Shown piece by piece: positions 17,755-26,397 of a stretch of 64,000 nt of DNA. The stretch spans positions 26,727 to 90,726 of the forward strand of contig JAGYLJ010000002.1 in the NCBI GenBank assembly GCA_018401295.1. The letters run 5' to 3'. Made by a program: the position numbers and the translations under genes. Source of the DNA: a bacterium. Lineage in GTDB: Bacteria > Patescibacteriota > Minisyncoccia > Phycocordibacterales > UBA12079. The number at the start of each line of letters is the position of its first letter. Within the stretch, counting starts at the first letter, position 1. Below the pieces are notes generated by a model. That model did no database searches, was not told the DNA's origin, and saw only the letters and a program-made list of their open reading frames with translations.

Positions 17755-18339
17755 ATGGATAAACAAGCATATATTTTTATTGGCCGTTCTGGTTGTGGTA
17801 AAGGGACACAGGTTAAATTGTTGATTGAAGAATTGAAGAAACAAGGGAAAGAAGTTTTTAATTTAGAGATGGGAAATAAATTTAGGGAATTTATTAAGGG
17901 TGAATCCTATTCAAGCAAATTAGCTAAAGAAATCGGTGATAGGGGCGGTTTACAGCCTGAATTTTTGGCAGTGTCTATATGGGCTAAGACGATCACAGAT
18001 AATTTGAAAGGAGGCGATACTATGGTGTTAGATGGTGTTGCAAGAAAAATATTAGAAGCAAAATTATTAGATACAATTTTTGGTTTTTTGGGTTATAAGA
18101 GGCCAGTAGTAATTTTTATGAATGTTTCTAGAAAGTGGTCTGAAGATAGGATGTTAGGAAGAGGGAGATCTGATGATGACGCGCAAGAAATAAAAAGAAG
18201 ATTAGATTGGTACGAAACAGATGTAGAGCCAGTTATTGAGTGGTATAGGGGAAATCCTGAATATAATTTTCTGGATATAAATGGGGAACAGACAATTGAA
18301 GAAGTTCATCAGGAAATAATGGATAAGATTATTAATTAG
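17755..18339 (+). CDS. adk: Adenylate kinase-like nucleoside monophosphate kinase
   Basis: P-loop GRSGCGKGTQ; position after secY. Confidence 0.75.
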   Translation: MDKQAYIFIGRSGCGKGTQVKLLIEELKKQGKEVFNLEMGNKFREFIKGESYSSKLAKEIGDRGGLQPEFLAVSIWAKTITDNLKGGDTMVLDGVARKILEAKLLDTIFGFLGYKRPVVIFMNVSRKWSEDRMLGRGRSDDDAQEIKRRLDWYETDVEPVIEWYRGNPEYNFLDINGEQTIEEVHQEIMDKIIN

Positions 18340-18364
18340 GAAAAGAAAGTTGTTTTGTGTTCCT

Positions 18365-18395
18365 CTTTTGACTTTATGGACTTTCGACTTTAGAC
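18365..18395 (+). promoter_or_regulatory. GACTTT-repeat leader motif CTTTTGACTTTATGGACTTTCGACTTTAGAC
   Basis: Ends 8 nt upstream of the map ATG; the same 20-mer lies upstream of trxB. Confidence 0.6.
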
Positions 18396-18403
18396 TAATT
18401 ATT

Positions 18404-19174
18404 ATGTTACCTAATATTTATACAAAAGAAGAAATAGAAATTTTAAGAGAAGGAGGAAAAATCTTGAATAATATTTTGCGTGTTGTAGCACAAGAAGCAA
18501 AAGTAGGTGTTACTCTAGATACACTTAATTCTTTGGCTGAAAAATTGATTAAGGAAGGGGGGGGAAAGCCAGCTTTTTTAAATTATAAAACTAGTAAATT
18601 TGCTAGGCCCTATCCGTCCTCGTTATGCGCTTCCGTTAACGATGAAGTTGTTCATGGAGTAGCAAAAAATAATCATCGTAAACTAGAAGAAGGTGATATT
18701 GTTAATTTAGATTTAGGTTTTACTTATAAAGGTTTGATAACAGATAAGACCTTAATGGTTGGCATAGGAAAAATAAAATCAGAAGATATTAATCTAATTG
18801 AAACTACTAGATTAGCTCTTGAAGCTGGTATAAAGGCTGTTAAGAGTAACAAAACTACTAATGATATTGGTTGGGCTATTGAGGAGGTTACTAAAAAGAG
18901 GGGATTTGTTGTTGTTAGGGAATTAGGTGGTCACGGTGTAGGTAGAAATGTTCACGAAGAACCATTCATTCCTAATTTTAAAGAAGGGAAAAGTGGAATT
19001 CAATTGAAAGAAGGGATGGTAATAGCTTTGGAACCGATTGTTACTTCTGGCACGGCTGAGATATTTTTAGCTGACGATGGTCATACCTACAAGACGGTTG
19101 ATGGGACCAATTGTGCTCAGTGGGAAGATACGGTTTTAGTAACGGCTACAGGTTATGAAATCCTCACTAGATAA
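18404..19174 (+). CDS. map: Methionine aminopeptidase type I
   Basis: MLPNIYTKEEIEILREGGKIL...; the track ORF starts at 18350. Confidence 0.9.
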   Translation: MLPNIYTKEEIEILREGGKILNNILRVVAQEAKVGVTLDTLNSLAEKLIKEGGGKPAFLNYKTSKFARPYPSSLCASVNDEVVHGVAKNNHRKLEEGDIVNLDLGFTYKGLITDKTLMVGIGKIKSEDINLIETTRLALEAGIKAVKSNKTTNDIGWAIEEVTKKRGFVVVRELGGHGVGRNVHEEPFIPNFKEGKSGIQLKEGMVIALEPIVTSGTAEIFLADDGHTYKTVDGTNCAQWEDTVLVTATGYEILTR

Positions 19175-19296
19175 AATAAATCCAAATTTGACGCATTTCT
19201 TCGTTAGCTTTGGAAAAATTTTTTTCATCGTATGCTTGATACGATTCAAAAAATTTTTCCTCGCTTCCTCGAACTGTGTCAAATTTGGATTTATTT
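19174..19296. repeat. 123-bp nested foldback element
   Basis: Perfect 19-bp inverted repeat AAATAAATCCAAATTTGAC / GTCAAATTTGGATTTATTT. Inner inverted repeats are GGAAAAATTTTTT / AAAAAATTTTTCC and ATCGTAT / ATACGAT. Confidence 0.85.
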
Positions 19297-19329
19297 AATA
19301 AATTATTAAGAATTAATTATTTAAAAAAT

Positions 19330-19806
19330 ATGAGTCAGCAGCAAGAAGAAAAAACACTTATTATTATAAAACCAGATGCTATCCAAAGAAGTTTATTTGG
19401 TGAAATTTTAGGTAGATTTGAGAGAAAAGGTTTAAAAATAATTGGAATGAAGATGATGAGGATAGAGGACGTTGTTATTGAGGAACATTATGAACATTTA
19501 AAAGACAAACCCTTTTTTCAAACACTTAAAAATTATATGCAATCTTCGCCTGTAGTTGTTATGGCTCTATCAGGAGTAAACGCAATTTCAGCAACACGAC
19601 TTATCGTTGGGCCTACGAAGGGCTATGAAGCTGATGCGGGGAGTATTCGAGGGGATTTATCTTTAAGTGGACAATCAAATCTTGTTCATGCTTCAGACGG
19701 ACCAGAGACAGCAGAAAAAGAAATAAAAAGATTTTTTGAAGAGAAAGAATTGTTCGATTATAAAAAGCCCGACTATAAATTAGTTTATTCAGAAGATTAC
19801 TTCTAA
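19330..19806 (+). CDS. ndk: Nucleoside diphosphate kinase
   Basis: LIIIKPDAIQRSL...NLVHASDG; the track ORF starts at 19276 inside the foldback. Confidence 0.9.
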   Translation: MSQQQEEKTLIIIKPDAIQRSLFGEILGRFERKGLKIIGMKMMRIEDVVIEEHYEHLKDKPFFQTLKNYMQSSPVVVMALSGVNAISATRLIVGPTKGYEADAGSIRGDLSLSGQSNLVHASDGPETAEKEIKRFFEEKELFDYKKPDYKLVYSEDYF

Positions 19807-19851
19807 ACATTGTCAATCTTTACATCACTGGTAGTGGTGTATAATGAAAAG

Positions 19852-19981
19852 TGAGGATCGTCTGGGGAAATAACCTAGCTTTCAAAAAAAGAAGAGAGCG
19901 AATTGTTTTATTGCACCGTGGTGTAGTATCCATCGCACTCACCTAGAGATTTTCTAGGGTTATTTACATCAGATGGTTCTC
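19852..19981 (+). ncRNA. Candidate structured small RNA or cis-regulatory leader, class unknown
   Basis: TATAAT at 19840-19845. Long-range helix GAGGATCGTCTGGGGAAATAACCTAG / CTAGGGTTATTTACATCAGATGGTTCTC. Competing local hairpin CCTAGA-GATT-TCTAGG. A terminator follows. Confidence 0.45.
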
Positions 19982-19983
19982 AT

Positions 19984-20020
19984 AAAAAATTTCACATGAA
20001 AGTGTGAAATTTTTTATTTT
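19984..20020 (+). terminator. Intrinsic terminator
   Basis: AAAAAATTTCACA-TGAAA-GTGTGAAATTTTTT. Confidence 0.75.
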
Positions 20021-20123
20021 TAGTAGAAGTGAAATGAGATTTTTAAATATATCCTAAGTTTTTATACTTTAGTGGTTAATTTTAAAAATTGTAATAAGCC
20101 TTTATATTTGTTATATTTGAAAG

Positions 20124-22316
20124 ATGAAATTAGATAAAATACTAAGGTTTGTGTCTCTGAGCGCTGTCTTTTTGATACCTTTTGTCCCCCTAGTGGTTAT
20201 GAGTTCTCTTTTCTTTCCTTATATTGTGGGTAAGAATTTGCTATTTAGGGTTTTGGTGGAGGTAGCCTTTGGATCATGGGCTATCCTCGCGATAAGGGAT
20301 AGGAGATATCGTCCTAAACCGTCTTGGATTTTAGGTGGTATTTTGGTTTTTGTAGGTGTAATTTTTTTAGCTGACTTATTAGGTGAAAACCCATTGAAAA
20401 GCTTTTGGAGTAATTATGAAAGGATGGAAGGCTGGGTGACGCTTCTTCACTCATTTGGATATTTTATTGTTGTTGCTTCTCTCCTTAATTCAAAAAAATT
20501 GTGGAGGTTTTTTTTACATACAACCGTTTTTGTTAGTGTTTATGTTGCTCTATCTGGGGTAGTTAAGCTGTTGGGTCAACAAGGTGTTTCTAGATTAGAT
20601 TTGAGTTTCGGGAATGCTTCTTATTTGGCTGTCTATATGCTTGTTCATATCTTTATTATTTTGTTTCTGTGGAATTCTAGGAAAGAAGAACACAAAAGGA
20701 TTGGTTTTTGGAATTGGTTTTATGGCCTGACTATTTTTACTGAAATTATTATTCTTTACCACACAGCTACCCGTGGAGCTATTTTAGGTTTCATTGGCGC
20801 CATACTGTTGATGTCTCTTTTAATTGCCATTTTTGAAAAAGAAAAAAAGGTTTTAAGGAAAATAAGTTTTGGTATTTTAGTAGGGACTTTGGTTTTAATA
20901 GGTAGTTTCTTTTCTTTTAAAGATTCTGATTTTGTTAGAAGTAGTCATGTCTTGAGTCGTTTTTCTAGCATTTCTCTTCAGGAAACCACCACCAAATCAA
21001 GGTTTATGATTTGGAATATGGCATGGGAAGGGGTAAAAGAAAGGCCTCTATTAGGATGGGGTCAGGAAAATTTTAATTACGTATTTAACAAAAATTATGA
21101 TCCTAAAATGTATGGGCAGGAGTCGTGGTTTGACAGAACACATAATGTTTTCTTTGATTGGTTAATAGCCGGAGGGTTTCTTGGTCTACTGGCTTACTTA
21201 TCTTTGTTTGGAGCTGTTCTGTACTATCTTTGGAATGGGAAAAGAAGTGGTAATTTTTCTTTAGTGGAGAAAAGTATCTTTACGGGTTTGTTAGCTGGAT
21301 ATTTTGTTCATAACTTATTTGTTTTTGATAATATAACTAGCTATATCTTATTTTTTACAATTTTAGGTTTCGTTCATTGGCGGGCTAATAATTTAGAAGA
21401 ACAGGACAAGAGGAAAGGTTGGCTGGACGGGTTAGATGAAGATACTACCGCAAAAATTATTACTCCTGTTATTATTATTCTTACTATTTTCTCTGTTTAT
21501 TTTTTTAATGCTAAATGTATTTTAGCCAATCGTGCACTTCTTCAGGCTATTGCTCCACAACAAGAAGGGATAGATAAGAACTTAGAATTTTATAATAAGG
21601 CTTTGTCTTATAATTCATTCGCCAATCAAGAGATTAGAGAACAGTTGATGCAGTTTATGGTAAAAATAAAAGATTTAGATTTAGATTCTGATGTCAAAAA
21701 TGAACTGTTTAATTTAGCGGTCTCAGAAGCAAAAAAAGAAATTGAGAGAGACCCATTGAATGCCAGGACGGAAGTTTTTCTAGGTTCTTTATTAGGAATG
21801 TATGGACATATAGATGATGGTTTAGAGCATCTAAAGAAAAGTTTGGAAATTTCACCAAAAAAACAATCAATTAGGTTTGAGATTGGTTCAACTTATATAA
21901 TTCAAAATCAGTACGATAAGGCTTTTGATATTTTTAAAGAGACATATGAGTTAGAGCCAAATTATTATCAGGCCAAAAGTTTATATGTTTTGTCTGCGAT
22001 TTATGCAGGGAAGGAAAAAATTATAGAGGAATCCTTGGGTCCTATAGATGAAATAGGTGTTGTATTTGATATGAATTTTGTGAAAGCTTATAGTACCTTG
22101 GGGGACAATTTAAAGTCTATTGAAATTTTGGAGAAATTAGTTGAAGAAAACCCAGAAAATGTACAGTACCATATTTCTTTGGCGGCAGCTTATTTTGAGA
22201 ATAAACAAAATATAAAATCGATTGCTGAGTTAGAAAAAGCGATTGAATTAGATCCTAACTTTAAAGAACAGGGAGAGAGATTCATTGAAGAAATAAAGGC
22301 AGGGAAAAGACCTTAA
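20124..22316 (+). CDS. O-antigen ligase / Wzy_C-like polytopic membrane protein with C-terminal TPR repeats
   Basis: 730 aa; motif THNVFFDWLIAGGFLGLLAY; TPR-like C-terminus. Confidence 0.75.
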   Translation: MKLDKILRFVSLSAVFLIPFVPLVVMSSLFFPYIVGKNLLFRVLVEVAFGSWAILAIRDRRYRPKPSWILGGILVFVGVIFLADLLGENPLKSFWSNYERMEGWVTLLHSFGYFIVVASLLNSKKLWRFFLHTTVFVSVYVALSGVVKLLGQQGVSRLDLSFGNASYLAVYMLVHIFIILFLWNSRKEEHKRIGFWNWFYGLTIFTEIIILYHTATRGAILGFIGAILLMSLLIAIFEKEKKVLRKISFGILVGTLVLIGSFFSFKDSDFVRSSHVLSRFSSISLQETTTKSRFMIWNMAWEGVKERPLLGWGQENFNYVFNKNYDPKMYGQESWFDRTHNVFFDWLIAGGFLGLLAYLSLFGAVLYYLWNGKRSGNFSLVEKSIFTGLLAGYFVHNLFVFDNITSYILFFTILGFVHWRANNLEEQDKRKGWLDGLDEDTTAKIITPVIIILTIFSVYFFNAKCILANRALLQAIAPQQEGIDKNLEFYNKALSYNSFANQEIREQLMQFMVKIKDLDLDSDVKNELFNLAVSEAKKEIERDPLNARTEVFLGSLLGMYGHIDDGLEHLKKSLEISPKKQSIRFEIGSTYIIQNQYDKAFDIFKETYELEPNYYQAKSLYVLSAIYAGKEKIIEESLGPIDEIGVVFDMNFVKAYSTLGDNLKSIEILEKLVEENPENVQYHISLAAAYFENKQNIKSIAELEKAIELDPNFKEQGERFIEEIKAGKRP

Positions 22317-22330
22317 GTTTTTTAGAGCCT

Positions 22331-23341
22331 ATGAAGATTCAAGAAAATATTTCTTTAGCTAGATATACTACTTTTAAGATAGGTGGATTGGCTAAATATT
22401 TTGTGGTAGTAAAAACAGTTAGTGACCTAATAAAGGCAGTGAATTTTGCAAAGCAAAATTCACTGCCTTTATTTATTCTTGGTGGCGGTTCTAATTTACT
22501 TGTCTCAGATAATGGTTTTTTGGGTTTGGTTGTTAAAATGGAAATAAAAGGTATAGATTTTATAGAAAGAAAAAATGAAACTGACATAATAGCTGGAGCA
22601 GGAGAAGTCTGGGATAATTTAGTTAAAAAAACAGTTGAGAAAAATTTGATAGGTTTAGAGAATCTTTCTCTGATACCAGGAACCGTGGGAGCCAGCGTCG
22701 TACAAAATATTGGGGCCTTTGGAACTGAAATCAAAGATGTCGTTTTAGAGGTTGAAGCTCTTGATAAAAAATCTTTAACAATAAAAAAAATAAATAATTT
22801 GCAGTGTAATTTTGGTTATAGAGAAAGTTTATTCAAAAAAACTCAGGGAAAAAATTTAATTGTAACTAAAGTTATTTACAGATTAAAGAAAAATAATAAA
22901 TTAAATTATAATTATTATGAAATTGAGAATAAGTTAAAAGGAAAGAATATTACGGTTAAAAATGTTAGAAGTACTATTATTCAGATTAGGAAAGAGAGAT
23001 ATCCTTTTTCAAAAAAAATAGGATCAGCTGGATGTTTTTTTAAAAATCCCATTATTTCCCAGACAAAATTTAGAAAGGTTAAAAAGTTGTACCCTAAAAT
23101 GCCTTATTATATGGCCAATAACAACAATATAAAGATACCCATTGCTTGGTTTATTGAAGAATTTGGTTGGAAAGGATATTGTGAAAGTAACGTCGGCGTT
23201 TATAAAAAACATTCTTTGATTTTGGTAAATTATGGAAAAGGAACATCTAGAGAAATTAAAAAGATAGCTAATAAGATATCAAAAGATATTTTTTTAAAAA
23301 CAAATTTAAATATTTTACCTGAAGTTGTTTTTTTAGAATAA
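22331..23341 (+). CDS. murB: UDP-N-acetylenolpyruvoylglucosamine reductase
   Basis: LARYTTFKIGGLAKYF...LGGGSNLL. Confidence 0.88.
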   Translation: MKIQENISLARYTTFKIGGLAKYFVVVKTVSDLIKAVNFAKQNSLPLFILGGGSNLLVSDNGFLGLVVKMEIKGIDFIERKNETDIIAGAGEVWDNLVKKTVEKNLIGLENLSLIPGTVGASVVQNIGAFGTEIKDVVLEVEALDKKSLTIKKINNLQCNFGYRESLFKKTQGKNLIVTKVIYRLKKNNKLNYNYYEIENKLKGKNITVKNVRSTIIQIRKERYPFSKKIGSAGCFFKNPIISQTKFRKVKKLYPKMPYYMANNNNIKIPIAWFIEEFGWKGYCESNVGVYKKHSLILVNYGKGTSREIKKIANKISKDIFLKTNLNILPEVVFLE

Positions 23342-23511
23342 TTTTTTTAAAAATAAAAAATTTTTTTAAAAAAAAGTTATCCACTTTTTTTCTATTTTGA
23401 AATTGTTTTTGTTTTTTATTTGTAAGATAATTAAAGGTAAGAAGGAAGAAAGTTTATTAAAAAAATAACTTGTGGTCGGAAGTTATTATAGTTTTAAAAA
23501 AAATAAAAGAT

Positions 23512-23640
23512 ATGGCAGTAAAAAAGAAAGCAGCTAAAAAGAAAGTTGTAAAAAAAGCAGCTAAAAAGAAAGTTGTAAAGAAGAAAGTGGCTAAAAAGCC
23601 AGCAGCTAAAAAGAAAGTTGTTAGGAAGAAGAAAAAATAG
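23512..23640 (+). CDS. 42-aa lysine/alanine-rich basic protein (histone H1-like repeats)
   Basis: Hand translation MAVKKKAAKKKVVKKAAKKKVVKKKVAKKPAAKKKVVRKKKK; strong terminator follows; track ORF 23457..23657 (-) is its shadow. Confidence 0.6.
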   Translation: MAVKKKAAKKKVVKKAAKKKVVKKKVAKKPAAKKKVVRKKKK

Positions 23641-23649
23641 AGAGAAGAG

Positions 23650-23687
23650 AAAACCACCCCACATAATGTGGGGTGGTTTTATTTTTT
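23650..23687 (+). terminator. Intrinsic terminator
   Basis: AAAACCACCCCACA-TAA-TGTGGGGTGGTTTT plus T-run. Confidence 0.85.
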
Positions 23688-23732
23688 ATAAATCGTGCTT
23701 ATACCCTTATTTTATGATAATATGTTGTTTAT

Positions 23733-26207
23733 ATGATGAATTTAAAGAACGTTTTCGGAAATCAAAACGATAAAATATTAAAGAAATTTAATCCTCTTGT
23801 GCTTAAAATAAATAATTTAGAGGAGAGTTTTTCTGCTATGTCAGATAGTGAAATTCTTCAATATACCGGAATTCTTAAAAATAAATTAACAGAAGGTAAA
23901 ACACTTGAAGATATTTTACCAGAAGCTTTCGCTGTTGTTCGGGAGGCTTCAAAGAGAACTTTAAATCAAAGACACTACGATGTTCAGCTTGTGGGAGGAG
24001 CTATTTTACACCAAGGTAAAGTTACTGAGATGAGAACTGGTGAAGGAAAAACATTGGTGGCTACTCTTCCTGTTTATCTTAATGCTTTATTAAGAAAAGG
24101 TGTTCATGTTGTTACTGTTAACGATTATTTGTCTAGAAGAGATGCTGTCTGGATGGGACAAATTTATGCAGCATTGGGTTTAACCATAGGAGTGATAAAC
24201 CACGACTCGTCTTATTTATATGATCCTGGGCATAGAGAAGTTGATGAAGAAAGAGATGAATTAGGTTCTTTTAAAGTTGTTTATGAATTTTTAAAACCTT
24301 GTACAAGACAGGAGGCTTATTTAGCAGACATTACTTACGGAACCAATAGTGAATTCGGTTTTGATTATCTGAGGGATAATATTGAATATGATAAAAAAAA
24401 TCTGCGTCAGAGAGGTTATAATTTTGCCATTGTTGATGAAATTGATTCTATTTTAATAGATGAGGCGAGAACGCCACTGATTATTTCAATGCCAGATAAT
24501 GAATCTGAAGATTTGTATTCTAAATTTACACAGATAGTTAAAAATTTTGAAAAGGACATTGATTTTGAGATTGATGAAAAAAGAAAAGCTATTAGTTTGA
24601 AAGATAGCGGAATAGAAAAAGCAGAAAAGGCTTTAGGAGTTGATAATATTTATACAGATAAAGGAATTAAGTATGTTCATCATTTAGAAACTGCTATACG
24701 AGCTAAATCACTTTTCACATTGAATAAAAGTTACGTAGTTAAAGATGGTGCCATTGTCATTGTAGATGAATTTACAGGTAGGTTACAGCCGGGAAGAAGG
24801 TGGTCTGAAGGTTTACACCAAGCTATTGAGTCAAAAGAAGGATTGAAAGTTCAGAAAGAATCAAGAACTTTTGCTTCAATTACTTATCAAAATTATTTTA
24901 GGATGTATAAAAAATTAAGTGGAATGACAGGGACAGCCCAAACATCATCTGAAGAGTTTCAGAAAGTTTATAATTTGGAGACTTTGGTTTTGCCAACTAA
25001 TAAAGCTATTCAGAGAAACGATAAAAATGATTTAATTTTTCAAACTAAACAAGGTAAGTTTAAAGCCATTGCAAGAAAAGTAAAAGAATTAAATGAAAAG
25101 GGCCAACCAGTGTTGATAGGAACAGTCTCTATTGAAAATAATGAATTGTTGTCTAATTATTTAAAAACAGAGGGGGTTGAACATGAAATATTGAACGCAA
25201 AAAATCATGAGAGAGAAGGTGAAATAATTGCTGGGGCTGGTGAAAAAAGTAAGGTAACAGTCGCCACAAACATGGCAGGGAGGGGAGTCGATATTAAATT
25301 AGGAGGATTGCCTTTTGATGAAGAAAAATATGAGGATGTTAAAAAGCTTGGCGGTCTTTTTGTTTTAGGAACAGAGAGACATGAAGCGCGAAGAATTGAT
25401 AACCAGTTACGAGGTAGGTCTGGCCGACAGGGTGATCCCGGAGAAACCCAGTTCTTTGTTTCTCTGGAAGATAGTTTAATGAGGGTCTTTGCTTCTGATA
25501 CAGTTAAAAAGATGATGGGCCGTTTGGGAATTCCTGAAGATCAAGCTATAGAAAATAAGATGGTATCTCGATCTTTGGAGTCGGCGCAAACTAAGATTGA
25601 AGGATTCCATTTTGATTCACGTAAACATATTTTACAGTATGACGATGTTTTAAATCATCAAAGGAAAACAGTTTATAGTAGGAGGAGAGATGTTTTGGTG
25701 GGTGATGAATCTAAAATTGAAGAAAAATTAAATGAAATAATAGAAACCACATCTAATGATTCAATTAGGAATATCATTAAAGAAAAAGAAGAACAGCTTG
25801 GGAAGGTGGATTTTTTTAATGTCGTTCGTAGAATAATTCTTCAGACTATTGATATGTTTTGGGTGGATCATTTAGAGGCTATGGATTATCTTCGTTCTAG
25901 TGTAAACCTTAGAGCTTATGGTCAGAGAGATCCTTTGGTAGAGTATAGGAAAGAAGGTCTTAAGCTTTTCCAAGAGATGCAAGAGGCAATTGATGAACAG
26001 ATTTTGCGTTTAATCCCTAACATTGCGATTAATGCTTTTGTAAGAAATGAGAATGAAGAAAAAATGAAGGAAATTCAAAATCAAGCCAAAGTACTTACTC
26101 AAACCAATAGTGTTGTGAATTTAAAATCAGATAAGGTGGGTAGAAATGATCCATGTCCTTGTGGGAGTGGAAAAAAGTATAAAAAATGTTGTGGTGAAAA
26201 TAAGTAA
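23733..26207 (+). CDS. secA: Preprotein translocase ATPase SecA
   Basis: 824 aa; canonical motifs; C-terminal zinc finger CPCGSGKKYKKCCG. Confidence 0.95.
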   Translation: MMNLKNVFGNQNDKILKKFNPLVLKINNLEESFSAMSDSEILQYTGILKNKLTEGKTLEDILPEAFAVVREASKRTLNQRHYDVQLVGGAILHQGKVTEMRTGEGKTLVATLPVYLNALLRKGVHVVTVNDYLSRRDAVWMGQIYAALGLTIGVINHDSSYLYDPGHREVDEERDELGSFKVVYEFLKPCTRQEAYLADITYGTNSEFGFDYLRDNIEYDKKNLRQRGYNFAIVDEIDSILIDEARTPLIISMPDNESEDLYSKFTQIVKNFEKDIDFEIDEKRKAISLKDSGIEKAEKALGVDNIYTDKGIKYVHHLETAIRAKSLFTLNKSYVVKDGAIVIVDEFTGRLQPGRRWSEGLHQAIESKEGLKVQKESRTFASITYQNYFRMYKKLSGMTGTAQTSSEEFQKVYNLETLVLPTNKAIQRNDKNDLIFQTKQGKFKAIARKVKELNEKGQPVLIGTVSIENNELLSNYLKTEGVEHEILNAKNHEREGEIIAGAGEKSKVTVATNMAGRGVDIKLGGLPFDEEKYEDVKKLGGLFVLGTERHEARRIDNQLRGRSGRQGDPGETQFFVSLEDSLMRVFASDTVKKMMGRLGIPEDQAIENKMVSRSLESAQTKIEGFHFDSRKHILQYDDVLNHQRKTVYSRRRDVLVGDESKIEEKLNEIIETTSNDSIRNIIKEKEEQLGKVDFFNVVRRIILQTIDMFWVDHLEAMDYLRSSVNLRAYGQRDPLVEYRKEGLKLFQEMQEAIDEQILRLIPNIAINAFVRNENEEKMKEIQNQAKVLTQTNSVVNLKSDKVGRNDPCPCGSGKKYKKCCGENK

Positions 26208-26253
26208 TAAAATGATCATCTAAAGATGGTCATTTTTATTTTTTCCCACTTTC

Positions 26254-26286
26254 TTACCACTTGGAAACCCGGTTTCCAATTGGTAA
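26254..26286. repeat. 33-nt palindrome TTACCACTTGGAAACCCGGTTTCCAATTGGTAA (covarying REP variant)
   Basis: Core TTGGAAACCCGGTTTCCAA differs from TTGGTAATCCGATTACCAA by symmetric changes only. Confidence 0.7.
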
Positions 26287-26397
26287 AACTAAAAGTTTTC
26301 CCCATCCCCTCCATATATTTAACCTCAAATTAAGTTATACTGTTATAGTTAGGTATGTTTTAAAATACCAAGCGTTTTAAGTATAAAAACGTTTTTA

